The notes: generated by a model from the sequence alone, not told the origin. 64,000 bases of DNA from Candidatus Bathyarchaeota archaeon (GCA_043826455.1 JBDRQD010000039.1:923-64922), one strand, 5' to 3'; numbered from the stretch's first letter, positions 10,006 to 18,333 are shown. A program made the numbers and translations.

Positions 10006-10998
10006 ATGACCGCCGATAAAAAATTGGGTGAGCCCATGAACGCAGTCGACGCTGCCAGAACCGCCCTCATCGTCACCAAGGGTGCGACGGTGGGCGAGAG
10101 TATGATCGTTTTCTGCGACCCGGAGAAGCGTGAGCTCGGCGAGATGTTCGCCGACGCTGGCATCGGTCTCGGCCTCTGGACCCGGCTCGTCATCCTGGAA
10201 GCCGGGGAGGAGGCCCGGAAGAAGCTGGACGAGCGCACCAAGGAGGTTCTAACCTCCAGCAAGCCCGACCTCATGGTCAACGTGTTCAGGAGCAGGGACG
10301 AGGAGACCACGTACCGCATCCAGTTCATGAGGATCGAGAGGCGCAAGACTGACAGGATCATCCACTGCCCAGGCATCACCATGGACATGTTCACCGAGGG
10401 GGCCGCCGCCCTCACCGAGGAGGGGTACGAGGAGATGTTCGCCTTCGGCAACAGGCTGAAGGACGCTTTGAAGGGCACCCACAAGGTGCACGTCACGTGC
10501 CCACGGGGCTCAGACTTCACCCTGGACCTGGGTGGCAAGGAGTTCCAGGTGGAGCAGGGCACCAACATACCCACGGGGGAGATCAACGTCATGCCCCCCA
10601 TAGGCGACAGCTTCCAGGGCAAACTGGTATCCACATCCGGGGGCACAGGCAAGCTGTACACCGAGACACCCGCAGAGATACACTCCAAAGACGGCCTCGC
10701 CGGAGAGGTCAAGTGCAAGAGCAGGCATGTCCGTGACAGGATTCTGGTGGAGCTGGACAGGGACCCGGGGGCCAGGTACCTGGGGGAGTTCGCCATAGGC
10801 ATCAATTCCAAGGCTAGGATAGTTGACGCCTTCATAGAGGCCGAGAAGGTCGTCGGCACAATACACGTGGCCTTCGGCGGAAGCTACAGGCCCTCCAAGA
10901 CCCACCTGGACCTCCTCATCGAGAACCCTACGGTCACAGCGTACAGGAGCGACGGGTCAGGGTTCACGGTGATGGATCGGGGCCAGATCAAGGTATAG
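10006..10998 (+). CDS. M29-type (AmpS/PepS-like) aminopeptidase
   Basis: GEFAIGIN...EKVVGTIHVAFG C-terminal signature. TTTTAATAATT box lies about 25 nt upstream of ATG 10006. Confidence 0.7.
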   Translation: MTADKKLGEPMNAVDAARTALIVTKGATVGESMIVFCDPEKRELGEMFADAGIGLGLWTRLVILEAGEEARKKLDERTKEVLTSSKPDLMVNVFRSRDEETTYRIQFMRIERRKTDRIIHCPGITMDMFTEGAAALTEEGYEEMFAFGNRLKDALKGTHKVHVTCPRGSDFTLDLGGKEFQVEQGTNIPTGEINVMPPIGDSFQGKLVSTSGGTGKLYTETPAEIHSKDGLAGEVKCKSRHVRDRILVELDRDPGARYLGEFAIGINSKARIVDAFIEAEKVVGTIHVAFGGSYRPSKTHLDLLIENPTVTAYRSDGSGFTVMDRGQIKV

Positions 10999-11040
10999 CG
11001 GCTCGGGGCTGTATTTCACCTCACATTTTTTTATCGTATC

Positions 11041-11092
11041 GAGGGGAAGATTTGAACTACCGACCTTTGGGTCATGAGCCTCACGGGCTACC
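11041..11092 (-). pseudogene. Decayed partial copy of tRNA-iMet (anticodon arm to 3' acceptor only)
   Basis: The reverse complement GGTAGCCCGTGAGGCTCATGACCCAAAGGTCGGTAGTTCAAATCTTCCCCTC aligns to the 3' two-thirds of the intact tRNA at 11920-11997. The stems now have mismatches and the 5' part is absent. Confidence 0.6.
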
Positions 11093-11203
11093 TTACTTTT
11101 TTTAATATATCGATCCTAGAGAGGATGGCCCACTGAACCTCTTTTCATGATGCCTCTCAGCGCCGCGACAACATTATAATGCAAGAAGTCGAGGCTTACA
11201 ACG

Positions 11204-11677
11204 ATGAAGGCTCTAGTGATATACGACACCTTCTTCGGCAACACAGAGCAGGTGGCCCGCGCCATCAGCGACTCCCTGGGGGCGGAGAGCACCGCGATCC
11301 GCGTGGCCGACGCGAACCACGGGCAACTTGACGGCCTGGGCCTCCTGGTGGTGGGCTCACCCACGAGGGCGTTCAGGCCCACGAAGCCCATCAGCCAGTT
11401 CCTGGACAGGATCCCCCGGGACACCCTCAAGGGCATCAGCGTAGCCGCCTTCGACACCAGGATGTCCGAGGCCGAGCTAAACTCACCCTTGCTGGGCATA
11501 ATAGTAAAGCTATTCGGCTACGCGTCCAAGCCCATATCAGACAAACTTGTGAGGAAGGGAGGGGAGCAGGCAGCTCCCCCCGAAGGCTTCATCGTCGAAG
11601 GAACAGAAGGCCCGCTGAGGGACGGCGAACTCGAACGGGCCTGGGCCTGGGCCAAGCAGATCACCGAGACTCGGTGA
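11204..11677 (+). CDS. Flavodoxin
   Basis: MKALVIYDTFFGNTEQVA N-terminus and VVGSPT motif. Confidence 0.8.
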   Translation: MKALVIYDTFFGNTEQVARAISDSLGAESTAIRVADANHGQLDGLGLLVVGSPTRAFRPTKPISQFLDRIPRDTLKGISVAAFDTRMSEAELNSPLLGIIVKLFGYASKPISDKLVRKGGEQAAPPEGFIVEGTEGPLRDGELERAWAWAKQITETR

Positions 11678-11919
11678 CAGATCATAAACCTCTCACCCCC
11701 ATCCCCACCCCCTGCCTAACAGCCGCCTCAACAGCGCAGCCCCGAAAAACCACCCCCCATGATAACAAGACAAACAACGAGTACGGCGGACACCGCCGAC
11801 CACCACCACCGCCAACGAACCCCGAAAAAGCCCCCGATCAACAAAACAAGCCAGAACAATGTGAATCGTGGTGGCGGCGGTGGGACCCCCCCTCCCCCCC
11901 ACATGCACGCACAAACAAT
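11678..11919 (+). repeat. A+C-rich intergenic element, copy A
   Basis: Aligns by eye at roughly 80% over ~135 nt to the reverse complement of 60731-60875, and more loosely to 50190-50330. Confidence 0.7.
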
Positions 11920-11997
11920 TGGTAGCGGGGGGTAGATTTGAACTACCGACCTTGGGGTTATGAGCCCCACGGGCTAACCTGGCTGCCCTACCCCGCT
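11920..11997 (-). tRNA. Initiator tRNA-Met (CAT), CCA encoded
   Basis: Reverse complement AGCGGGGTAGGGCAGCCAGGTTAGCCCGTGGGGCTCATAACCCCAAGGTCGGTAGTTCAAATCTACCCCCCGCTACCA. It has A1:U72 and three G:C pairs closing the anticodon stem. Confidence 0.9.
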
Positions 11998-12059
11998 TCC
12001 TCTCAGATCACAACCCTATAGTCTTATAAACCTTCCAGTACCCCCCACAAACTGAAAAC

Positions 12060-12371
12060 ATGCCCCGCCCCAACACCAGACGCATCGCAGAACAACGCAT
12101 AGAGACCCTCTACCACAAGGCAAAGGAAACATACACCGTCAACCCGAACCTCAGCCGCAGATACACCCAGCTCCTCAGACGCATAGCCCAGCGCACCCGC
12201 ACCAAGCTACCCACACACATCAGACGAGGCATATGCAGAGGCTGCGGCACCGTCCTCATCCAGGGCCTCAACAGCCACACCAGGCTCAGGCAGCGCCGGG
12301 AACCCCACATAGCCACCACCTGCCACCTCTGCGGCCACACCCACAGAATACCCATGAGAGACCCACCGTGA
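12060..12371 (+). CDS. rnp4: RNase P protein component 4 (Rpp21/RNP4)
   Basis: Basic N-terminus plus zinc ribbon CRGCGTVLIQGLNSHTRLR...TCHLCGH. Confidence 0.8.
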   Translation: MPRPNTRRIAEQRIETLYHKAKETYTVNPNLSRRYTQLLRRIAQRTRTKLPTHIRRGICRGCGTVLIQGLNSHTRLRQRREPHIATTCHLCGHTHRIPMRDPP

Positions 12372-13396
12372 CCCTCACCCTCATCAGCGTCGGCCTCAGC
12401 AGCCACCTAGACCTCTCCCTCCGCGCCCTAGAAGCCGCCAAAGACGCCCACCACGTCTACGCCGAGACATACACCATGAAACTGGACACAACGATACAGG
12501 CACTCCAGGAAACCCTAGGCAGACCCGTCACACCCCTGGCCCGGGGAGGCCTGGAGGAAGAGGCACCCAGACTCCTGGAGGCCGCCGAGAACTCCAACGT
12601 CGCCATCCTGGTGGGCGGAGACGCCCTCGCCGCCACCACCCACATGAGCCTGCTAGTGGACGCAGCCAAGCGAAGCATCCCCGTCAGGGTGATCCACGGA
12701 AGCAGCGTCTTCACCGCCATAGCAGAGACAGGCCTAAGCCTATACAAGTTCGGCCGAACCGTCACGGTGCCCCTGCCCGAGAAGGGCCCCGTGGACACCG
12801 TCCTCAGGACCCTCAAGGAGAACGTGGAGCACGGCCTCCACACCCTCCTGCTCCTGGATCTGGACATCCCCGCGGACAGGTACCTCACCGTACCCGAGGC
12901 CATCACACGGCTGGAGGCGACCGGGGAGTTCCCCATGGACACCCTCATGGTGGCCGCAGCCAGGCTGGGCTCCAACACCCAACTCGTCCGGGCCGACACG
13001 GCCATGAAACTCAGAGACACCGACTGTGGGGACCCACCATACGCTCTGGTCGTTCCCGGTCAACTCCATTTCTTAGAGGAGGAGGCCTTGCAGGTGGTAG
13101 CGGGCTGCCCCCCCCGCCTACTGGAGGGCAGAAGGGTGCAGGGGGAGGTGGACCGTCTCGTGGAGAAGTACGCCACGGGGTGCCGGAGGGTGCTGGAAGC
13201 CCTTAAGGTGGCTGAGCTGCCAGCCGAGGTGACGGAAGAAGCGGTCGCCGGCCTCCTAGACCACGTGAGGCGCTACCTGGAGGACGCAGAGTACTACCGC
13301 GCGGACCAGAAGCCTGTGGCTCTCACCAGCGTCGCCTACGCCGAGGGCATCTTGGACGCCTTAAAGCTTTTAGGCATAGCCGACTTCCAGTGGTGA
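12368..13396 (+). CDS. dphB: Diphthine synthase with ~75-85 aa C-terminal extension
   Basis: Tetrapyrrole-methylase fold (LTLISVGL..., VAILVGGDALAATTH, YKFGRTVT). The GTG start overlaps the rnp4 TGA (GTGA). Confidence 0.85.
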   Translation: MTLTLISVGLSSHLDLSLRALEAAKDAHHVYAETYTMKLDTTIQALQETLGRPVTPLARGGLEEEAPRLLEAAENSNVAILVGGDALAATTHMSLLVDAAKRSIPVRVIHGSSVFTAIAETGLSLYKFGRTVTVPLPEKGPVDTVLRTLKENVEHGLHTLLLLDLDIPADRYLTVPEAITRLEATGEFPMDTLMVAAARLGSNTQLVRADTAMKLRDTDCGDPPYALVVPGQLHFLEEEALQVVAGCPPRLLEGRRVQGEVDRLVEKYATGCRRVLEALKVAELPAEVTEEAVAGLLDHVRRYLEDAEYYRADQKPVALTSVAYAEGILDALKLLGIADFQW

Positions 13397-13845
13397 AGAT
13401 GAAGCGGGTTCTAGCGGCGGGGGTATTCGACCTACTCCACTACGGCCACATAAAGTATCTGGAGGAGGCCAAGAAGCTGGGCGGTTCAGGCGCCAAGCTC
13501 ACAGTCATAGTGGCCAGGGACGAGACAGTGCGCCGCATGAAGGGCCAGGACCCCGTCATCCCCGAGGACCAGCGCAGAGCCACGGTAGAAGCACTTAAAG
13601 TCGTGGACGAGGCCCTCCTGGGCTTCGAGGACCTGGACTTGGACCGGGTCATCCAGCAGGTGAAACCCGACATAATAGCTGTGGGCCACGACCAAGACGC
13701 CATCAGAAACCAGGTGGAGAAGATAAAGAAGGCCCGGGAGCTGGGCTTCGAGATCGTCCAGGTGGGCCGATTCGGCGAGAAGGACCTGAACAGCAGCAGC
13801 AAGATCAAGAGACGGATCGTCGAAGGGGCAAGAACGAGAGCCTGA
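13390..13845 (+). CDS. ribL: FAD synthase (FMN adenylyltransferase), archaeal RibL type
   Basis: Cytidylyltransferase-like GVFDLLHYGH motif, about 150 aa. Confidence 0.8.
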   Translation: MVKMKRVLAAGVFDLLHYGHIKYLEEAKKLGGSGAKLTVIVARDETVRRMKGQDPVIPEDQRRATVEALKVVDEALLGFEDLDLDRVIQQVKPDIIAVGHDQDAIRNQVEKIKKARELGFEIVQVGRFGEKDLNSSSKIKRRIVEGARTRA

Positions 13846-14503
13846 CTCTGTCGCCGTCAGCCAGCCCCAGGTGCCGCCTAAGGTACAGCGGGGCTACGAC
13901 CTCCATGATGTTGAAGTCGTGGATGCTGCGCTCGGCCACTATCAGAGCCCCGTCCACCTCGTCGTTGACCGTCAGAGGGTAGCACCGGCAAGCCCCGAAG
14001 CTCCTCTCCCCGTCCTTGAAGCCCTCCAGCCTGATGCTGGGCATCCGCTCCAGGTGCCGCCTCTTCTCATAGTCCTCCTCTCTGATGCGGACGTTCAGGG
14101 TGCCCGGGAAGGGGTCGAAGCCCAGCTTCTCAGCTATCTGCTTCCTGTACCCCTCCTTGCCTATGTAGTAGGCGCCCTCGAAGAGGCCGCTCACCACGGT
14201 GCCCTCCAGCTCCACGGCGTTGGCCTCCTTTCCCTCCAGGTGCCACTTGAGCTCCTGGAGCGCCAGGTCCAGCTCACCCAGCCCCTTGCCGGTGATCCGT
14301 ATGCGGCTGCCCCCGGGCTCTATGCTCCGCTCAATGAAATCTTTCTTCTCCAGCATCTGGAGGTGCCTGGACGCTGACTGCTGGCTGCCCCCCATGATGT
14401 GGCTCAACTCTGTTGTGCTGATGCGCACCGGCGTCTTGGTGGCCCCCAGCCTCATCAACGTGTAGAGGGTGAACCAGAGGTGGGGTTTGAGTCTCTCAGT
14501 CAA
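13805..14503 (-). CDS. ribK: CTP-dependent riboflavin kinase with N-terminal winged-HTH (RbkR-like)
   Basis: PFPGTLNVRI motif in the C-terminal kinase domain. The N-terminal ~80 aa are HTH-like. Confidence 0.75.
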   Translation of the reverse strand: MTERLKPHLWFTLYTLMRLGATKTPVRISTTELSHIMGGSQQSASRHLQMLEKKDFIERSIEPGGSRIRITGKGLGELDLALQELKWHLEGKEANAVELEGTVVSGLFEGAYYIGKEGYRKQIAEKLGFDPFPGTLNVRIREEDYEKRRHLERMPSIRLEGFKDGERSFGACRCYPLTVNDEVDGALIVAERSIHDFNIMEVVAPLYLRRHLGLADGDRVRLSFLPLRRSVS

Positions 14504-14553
14504 CGGTGTCCAGAAAAGGGGTAAGAGGGGGGTATTTAACCTTTTTTTGGTAG

Positions 14554-16002
14554 CTATCCCTTGGCTACGGCCATGGGTACGCTCATCATAACCTTCTTGG
14601 CGAGGCCCACCTTGTGGCTCACATCGGCCACCCTGTGAACGTCCTTGTAGCTGTCGGGGCTCTCCTCTTCCAACACCCTGCTGCTGGCGGCCCTCACCAC
14701 GATGCCCTTCCTGCGCAGGTCGTTGATGATGTCGTTGGCCGTGAACTTGCGCTTAGCACCCGCCCTGGACATGACCCTGCCGGCCCCGTGGGCGGTGCTG
14801 GCGAAGCTCAGACCCTCTCCCTCTTCGGTGCCCCTGAGGAGGTAGCTGGCCGTCCCCATGGTGCCCACCAGGAGCACAGGCTGCCCCGTAGTCTTGTAGT
14901 CCGGGGGCAGGTCGCTGCGACCTGGCCCGAAGGCCCGAGCGGCGCCCTTCCTGTGGACCACGCACTGGACCCGTCTGCCGTCCACGGTGTGCTCCTCCTT
15001 CTTGGCAGTGTTGTGGGTCATCCCATACACCATCTCCATGCCCATGTCCTCGGCGCTCCTCTTGAGGACGTCCTCGAAGGCCTGCCGTACCAGGTGCATG
15101 ATGATGTGGCGGTTGATAAAGGCCCAGTTGATGGCGCAGCTCATGGCCTCATAGTAGTCCTGGGCCTCCCGGCTCTTGAGGGGGGCGCACACCAGCTCCC
15201 GGCTGGGAACCCTGAGGTTGTACTTAGTGGCCGCCCTGTCCATGACCCTTATGTAGTCGGTGGCTATCTGGTGGCCGTAGCCTCTGCTGCCCGTGTGGAC
15301 CCACACCACAACCTGGTCAGGCTCGTTGACTCCGTAGACCTTGGCGGCTTTGTCGTCAAAAACCTCCTTGACGCGGGCTATCTCAAGGAAGTGGTTGCCG
15401 GCGCCAAGAGTCCCCAGCTGGGTGGCGCCCCTCTTCTTGGCTCGGTCGCTCACCTTGTCCGGGTTTGCCTCCTTCATGCATCCGGCCTCCTCGCTGTGGC
15501 TGGCGTCCCTTTCCCAACCATAGCCCTTATCCACCGCCCACTTGATGCCCTCACTCACAGCCTTGTCCAGCTCCCTCTCACTGAGCTTGAGCTTGCTGCC
15601 GACTCCTACACCGCATGGCACCAACTGGAATATGCGGTCTATGATCTCCTGCTTCTTGGCGTCCACCTCCTTGAAGGAGAGGTTTGTGCGCATGAGGCGG
15701 ACCCCGCAGTTGATGTCGTATCCCACCCCCCCGGGGCTGATTACCCCTTCTTCCATGTCGAAGGCGCCCACGCCTCCTATGGGGAACCCGTAGCCCTGGT
15801 GGCCGTCCGGCAGGGTCACACTGTACTTGAGAATGCCCGGGAGCTGGGCGACGTTGACGCTCTGCGCCAGTGTGTCGTCCCCCTTCATGGCCTCCAGTAG
15901 GCTCTTGTCCGCGTATATCCGGGCTGGGACGTTCATGTGCCTGCTGTAGGCTTGGGGTATCTCCCACACGTAGTCGCTTATCTTGTCTATGGGGAATTGC
16001 AT
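14554..16002 (-). CDS. rtcB: RNA-splicing ligase RtcB
   Basis: 482 aa with GYDINCGVR, GSRGYGHQ, GAGNHF and HGAGR motifs. Confidence 0.95.
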   Translation of the reverse strand: MQFPIDKISDYVWEIPQAYSRHMNVPARIYADKSLLEAMKGDDTLAQSVNVAQLPGILKYSVTLPDGHQGYGFPIGGVGAFDMEEGVISPGGVGYDINCGVRLMRTNLSFKEVDAKKQEIIDRIFQLVPCGVGVGSKLKLSERELDKAVSEGIKWAVDKGYGWERDASHSEEAGCMKEANPDKVSDRAKKRGATQLGTLGAGNHFLEIARVKEVFDDKAAKVYGVNEPDQVVVWVHTGSRGYGHQIATDYIRVMDRAATKYNLRVPSRELVCAPLKSREAQDYYEAMSCAINWAFINRHIIMHLVRQAFEDVLKRSAEDMGMEMVYGMTHNTAKKEEHTVDGRRVQCVVHRKGAARAFGPGRSDLPPDYKTTGQPVLLVGTMGTASYLLRGTEEGEGLSFASTAHGAGRVMSRAGAKRKFTANDIINDLRRKGIVVRAASSRVLEEESPDSYKDVHRVADVSHKVGLAKKVMMSVPMAVAKG

Positions 16003-16072
16003 GTGTTATCACCCATCTTCCCGGCGGGTAAACCTAATAAGCGTTTATTGGCTTAGATGCCAATGAGCGTAT

Positions 16073-16537
16073 ATGCGGTGGAATGCTCTCAGAACCCTGC
16101 ACCTGGGGGAGGTCCAGGCCAGGATAAAGGCGTACCGGGAGAAGCACGGCAGCCTCAGCCTCCTCCACGACGAGTTCATCAAGGGCAGGATGCCCCCCGG
16201 CCTGTTCCAGGAGTACGTGGACTGGACCAGCATGGAGCACGCCATACGGGCGTACCAGGAGGGCGAGGACTTTGAGTACCTGGCCGAGGAGGAGCTGGAA
16301 CTGTCCGAGAGCGACTTTAGGAAGCTGACGCCCAAGCGGCTGGAGATCCTGAACCAGCTCACCGAGGGGAGGACGGGCTCCATCAACGAGCTGGCCGAGC
16401 TCATGGGCAGGGACGTGAAGAACGTGTACGGTGACCTGAAGGCGCTTGAGGAGTTGGGCTTCGTAGCCTTGAACCGGGAAGGTAGGAGCATGGTGCCTGA
16501 GCTCCTGGTCTACGAGATCACCCTCATACTGGGCTAG
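16073..16537 (+). CDS. Predicted winged-HTH DNA-binding protein, divergent from rtcB
   Basis: C-terminal LTPKRLEILNQL...SINELAELMGRDVKNVYGDLKALEELGFV. Confidence 0.5.
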   Translation: MRWNALRTLHLGEVQARIKAYREKHGSLSLLHDEFIKGRMPPGLFQEYVDWTSMEHAIRAYQEGEDFEYLAEEELELSESDFRKLTPKRLEILNQLTEGRTGSINELAELMGRDVKNVYGDLKALEELGFVALNREGRSMVPELLVYEITLILG

Positions 16538-16569
16538 TATTATATGAGCCGGCGCCCTGTATCGTAGGT

Positions 16570-18210
16570 ATGAGCCCCCTTAAGGCATGTGAAGCAGACC
16601 TTGTGCTTGTTAACGGCAAGATAATCACTGTGGATGCGGGTTTCTCCGTGGCCCAAGCCGTGGCCGTCAAGGACGGCAGGGTCCAGACGGTGGGCACCAC
16701 CGAGGACATCAAGAAGCTGGTGGGCAAAGGCACTGAGGTCATCGAACTGAAGGGCAGGACGGTGATGCCCGGACTCTACGACAGCCACCTCCACGTGGTG
16801 GGCACAGGCACGGCCCTCCAGATGATCAACTGCCGCACGCCCCCCATGATGAGCATCGAGGACATGAAGAAGACCGTGGCCGAGAAGGCGAAGCAGGCCA
16901 AGCCCGGCGAGTGGATACAGGGCCGCGGCTGGGACCAAGCCAAGCTGAAGGAGCACAGGAACCCCAGCCGCTGGGACCTAGACCAGGTGTCCCCGGACAA
17001 CCCCGTCGTCCTCACACGGACCTGCGGCCACCTGCTGGTGGCTAACAGTCTGGCTCTGGAGATAGCTGGAGTAACCAAGGACACCCCTGACCCTGTGGGC
17101 GGCAAGATTGTGCGGAACGAGATGGGTGAGCCCACTGGGATGCTGGAGGAGGGCCCAGCCATGACCTTCGTCAGGAAGCATATCCCGCCCGTCGGCATCC
17201 CGGAGACCATGGAGGCCATCAGGACTGCGTGCACCGCCTTCAACGAGGTGGGTATCACCAGCGTCATAGACGCCGGCAACACCGAGGACGAGATGGTGGC
17301 CTACCAGTTGCTGAAGGAGCGGGGCGAGCTCACCTGCAGAGTCAACATGATGCTGCGATCTATCCAGGACGGCGAGCCCATAGAGGAGAGCGTAAAGCGG
17401 GTTGAGAACTTCCCCATGGTCACGGGCTTCGGGGACGCGCTCCTAAGGTTCCAGGGACTGAAGATCCTCATAGACGGAGGCATAGGGGGCAGGACGGCCC
17501 TCATACGGGAGCCCTATGAGAACGATCCCGACAACTGCGGGTTGCTGACGGTGCCCGTGGAGGACCTTCAGAGGCTGGTGGACGCCGCCAACAGGCGAGG
17601 TATGCTAACGGGCATCCACTGCGCCGGCGGCAAGGCCACGGACATAGTGCTTGAGGCTTATCGGAAGACGGATAAGGTGAAGCCCATCAAGGGGCGCCGC
17701 TTCTACCTCATCCACGCGTACCAGCCAAGCGACGAGAACTTTAAGGACTGCCAGGAGTTGGGGGTTCTGGTTGCCAGCCAGCCCAGCTTCCTCTATTACC
17801 TGGGGGAGAGCTACTACGAGAACGTGGGCAATGAGCGGAGCGAGTGGCTGAAGCCCCACAGGGCCTGGATAGACCACGGCATCATGGTGGGCGGAGGCAC
17901 CGACAGCCCCGTGACGCCGTACCCGCCGTTCCCCAGCCTCTGGGCAGCCATCGCCCGTCGCACCGAGATAAATGATGTCCAGATGGGCACTGAGCAGTGC
18001 GTCACACGGGAGGAGGCCATAAGGATGTACACCGTCAACGGCGCCTTCCTCAGCTTCGAGGAAGACATCAAGGGCAGCCTGGAGCCGGGTAAGTTGGCGG
18101 ACATGGTCATACTGGACAGAGACATCCTGACGTGCCCGGTGGACGGCATCAAGGATACCAGGGTGCTGAGGACGTTCCTGGGCGGCAAGACTGTGTACAG
18201 GGCCAAGTAG
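16570..18210 (+). CDS. Amidohydrolase-3 (YtcJ-like) metal-dependent hydrolase
   Basis: PGLYDSHLHV metal-binding motif, 546 aa, family-typical C-terminus. Confidence 0.8.
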   Translation: MSPLKACEADLVLVNGKIITVDAGFSVAQAVAVKDGRVQTVGTTEDIKKLVGKGTEVIELKGRTVMPGLYDSHLHVVGTGTALQMINCRTPPMMSIEDMKKTVAEKAKQAKPGEWIQGRGWDQAKLKEHRNPSRWDLDQVSPDNPVVLTRTCGHLLVANSLALEIAGVTKDTPDPVGGKIVRNEMGEPTGMLEEGPAMTFVRKHIPPVGIPETMEAIRTACTAFNEVGITSVIDAGNTEDEMVAYQLLKERGELTCRVNMMLRSIQDGEPIEESVKRVENFPMVTGFGDALLRFQGLKILIDGGIGGRTALIREPYENDPDNCGLLTVPVEDLQRLVDAANRRGMLTGIHCAGGKATDIVLEAYRKTDKVKPIKGRRFYLIHAYQPSDENFKDCQELGVLVASQPSFLYYLGESYYENVGNERSEWLKPHRAWIDHGIMVGGGTDSPVTPYPPFPSLWAAIARRTEINDVQMGTEQCVTREEAIRMYTVNGAFLSFEEDIKGSLEPGKLADMVILDRDILTCPVDGIKDTRVLRTFLGGKTVYRAK

Positions 18211-18333
18211 CCACTATTTTTATCTAATATTAACTACTATGCTTAGGGCCTGTGTCTCGGTCGTTGTCTATCCATCGAAAAGTGACAAATCAGAGTCATT
18301 TCGGTGGGTTGTCGTGTGCCGTAGTTTACCCGT

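Noticed and set aside
11674-11970. ORFs inside the A+C-rich elements (11674..11925 +, 11728..11970 -, 50068..50280 +, 49980..50324 -, 50054..50329 -, 60695..60928 +, 60776..60967 -). Some have similar peptides between copies (GGH..PPPPP.NPEKA.DQ.NKPE).
   Set aside because: The peptide similarity simply mirrors nucleotide-level repeat similarity. The sequences are extreme low complexity (P/T/N/K/Q on one strand, G/V/F/W/C on the other). Several frames on both strands are open at once because stop codons are depleted by the composition. One of these ORFs runs through the tRNA-iMet gene.
14614-15900. 428-aa ORF antisense to rtcB. Similar long antisense ORFs occur at 38353..39246, 62350..63558, 9921..10859, 40039..40941, 35330..36040, 58793..59551 and 21068..21841.
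   Set aside because: These are shadow ORFs typical of GC-rich DNA. They have Ala/Gly/Arg/Pro/Val/His-rich low-information sequence and no motifs, and each fully overlaps a gene with clear family signatures on the other strand.
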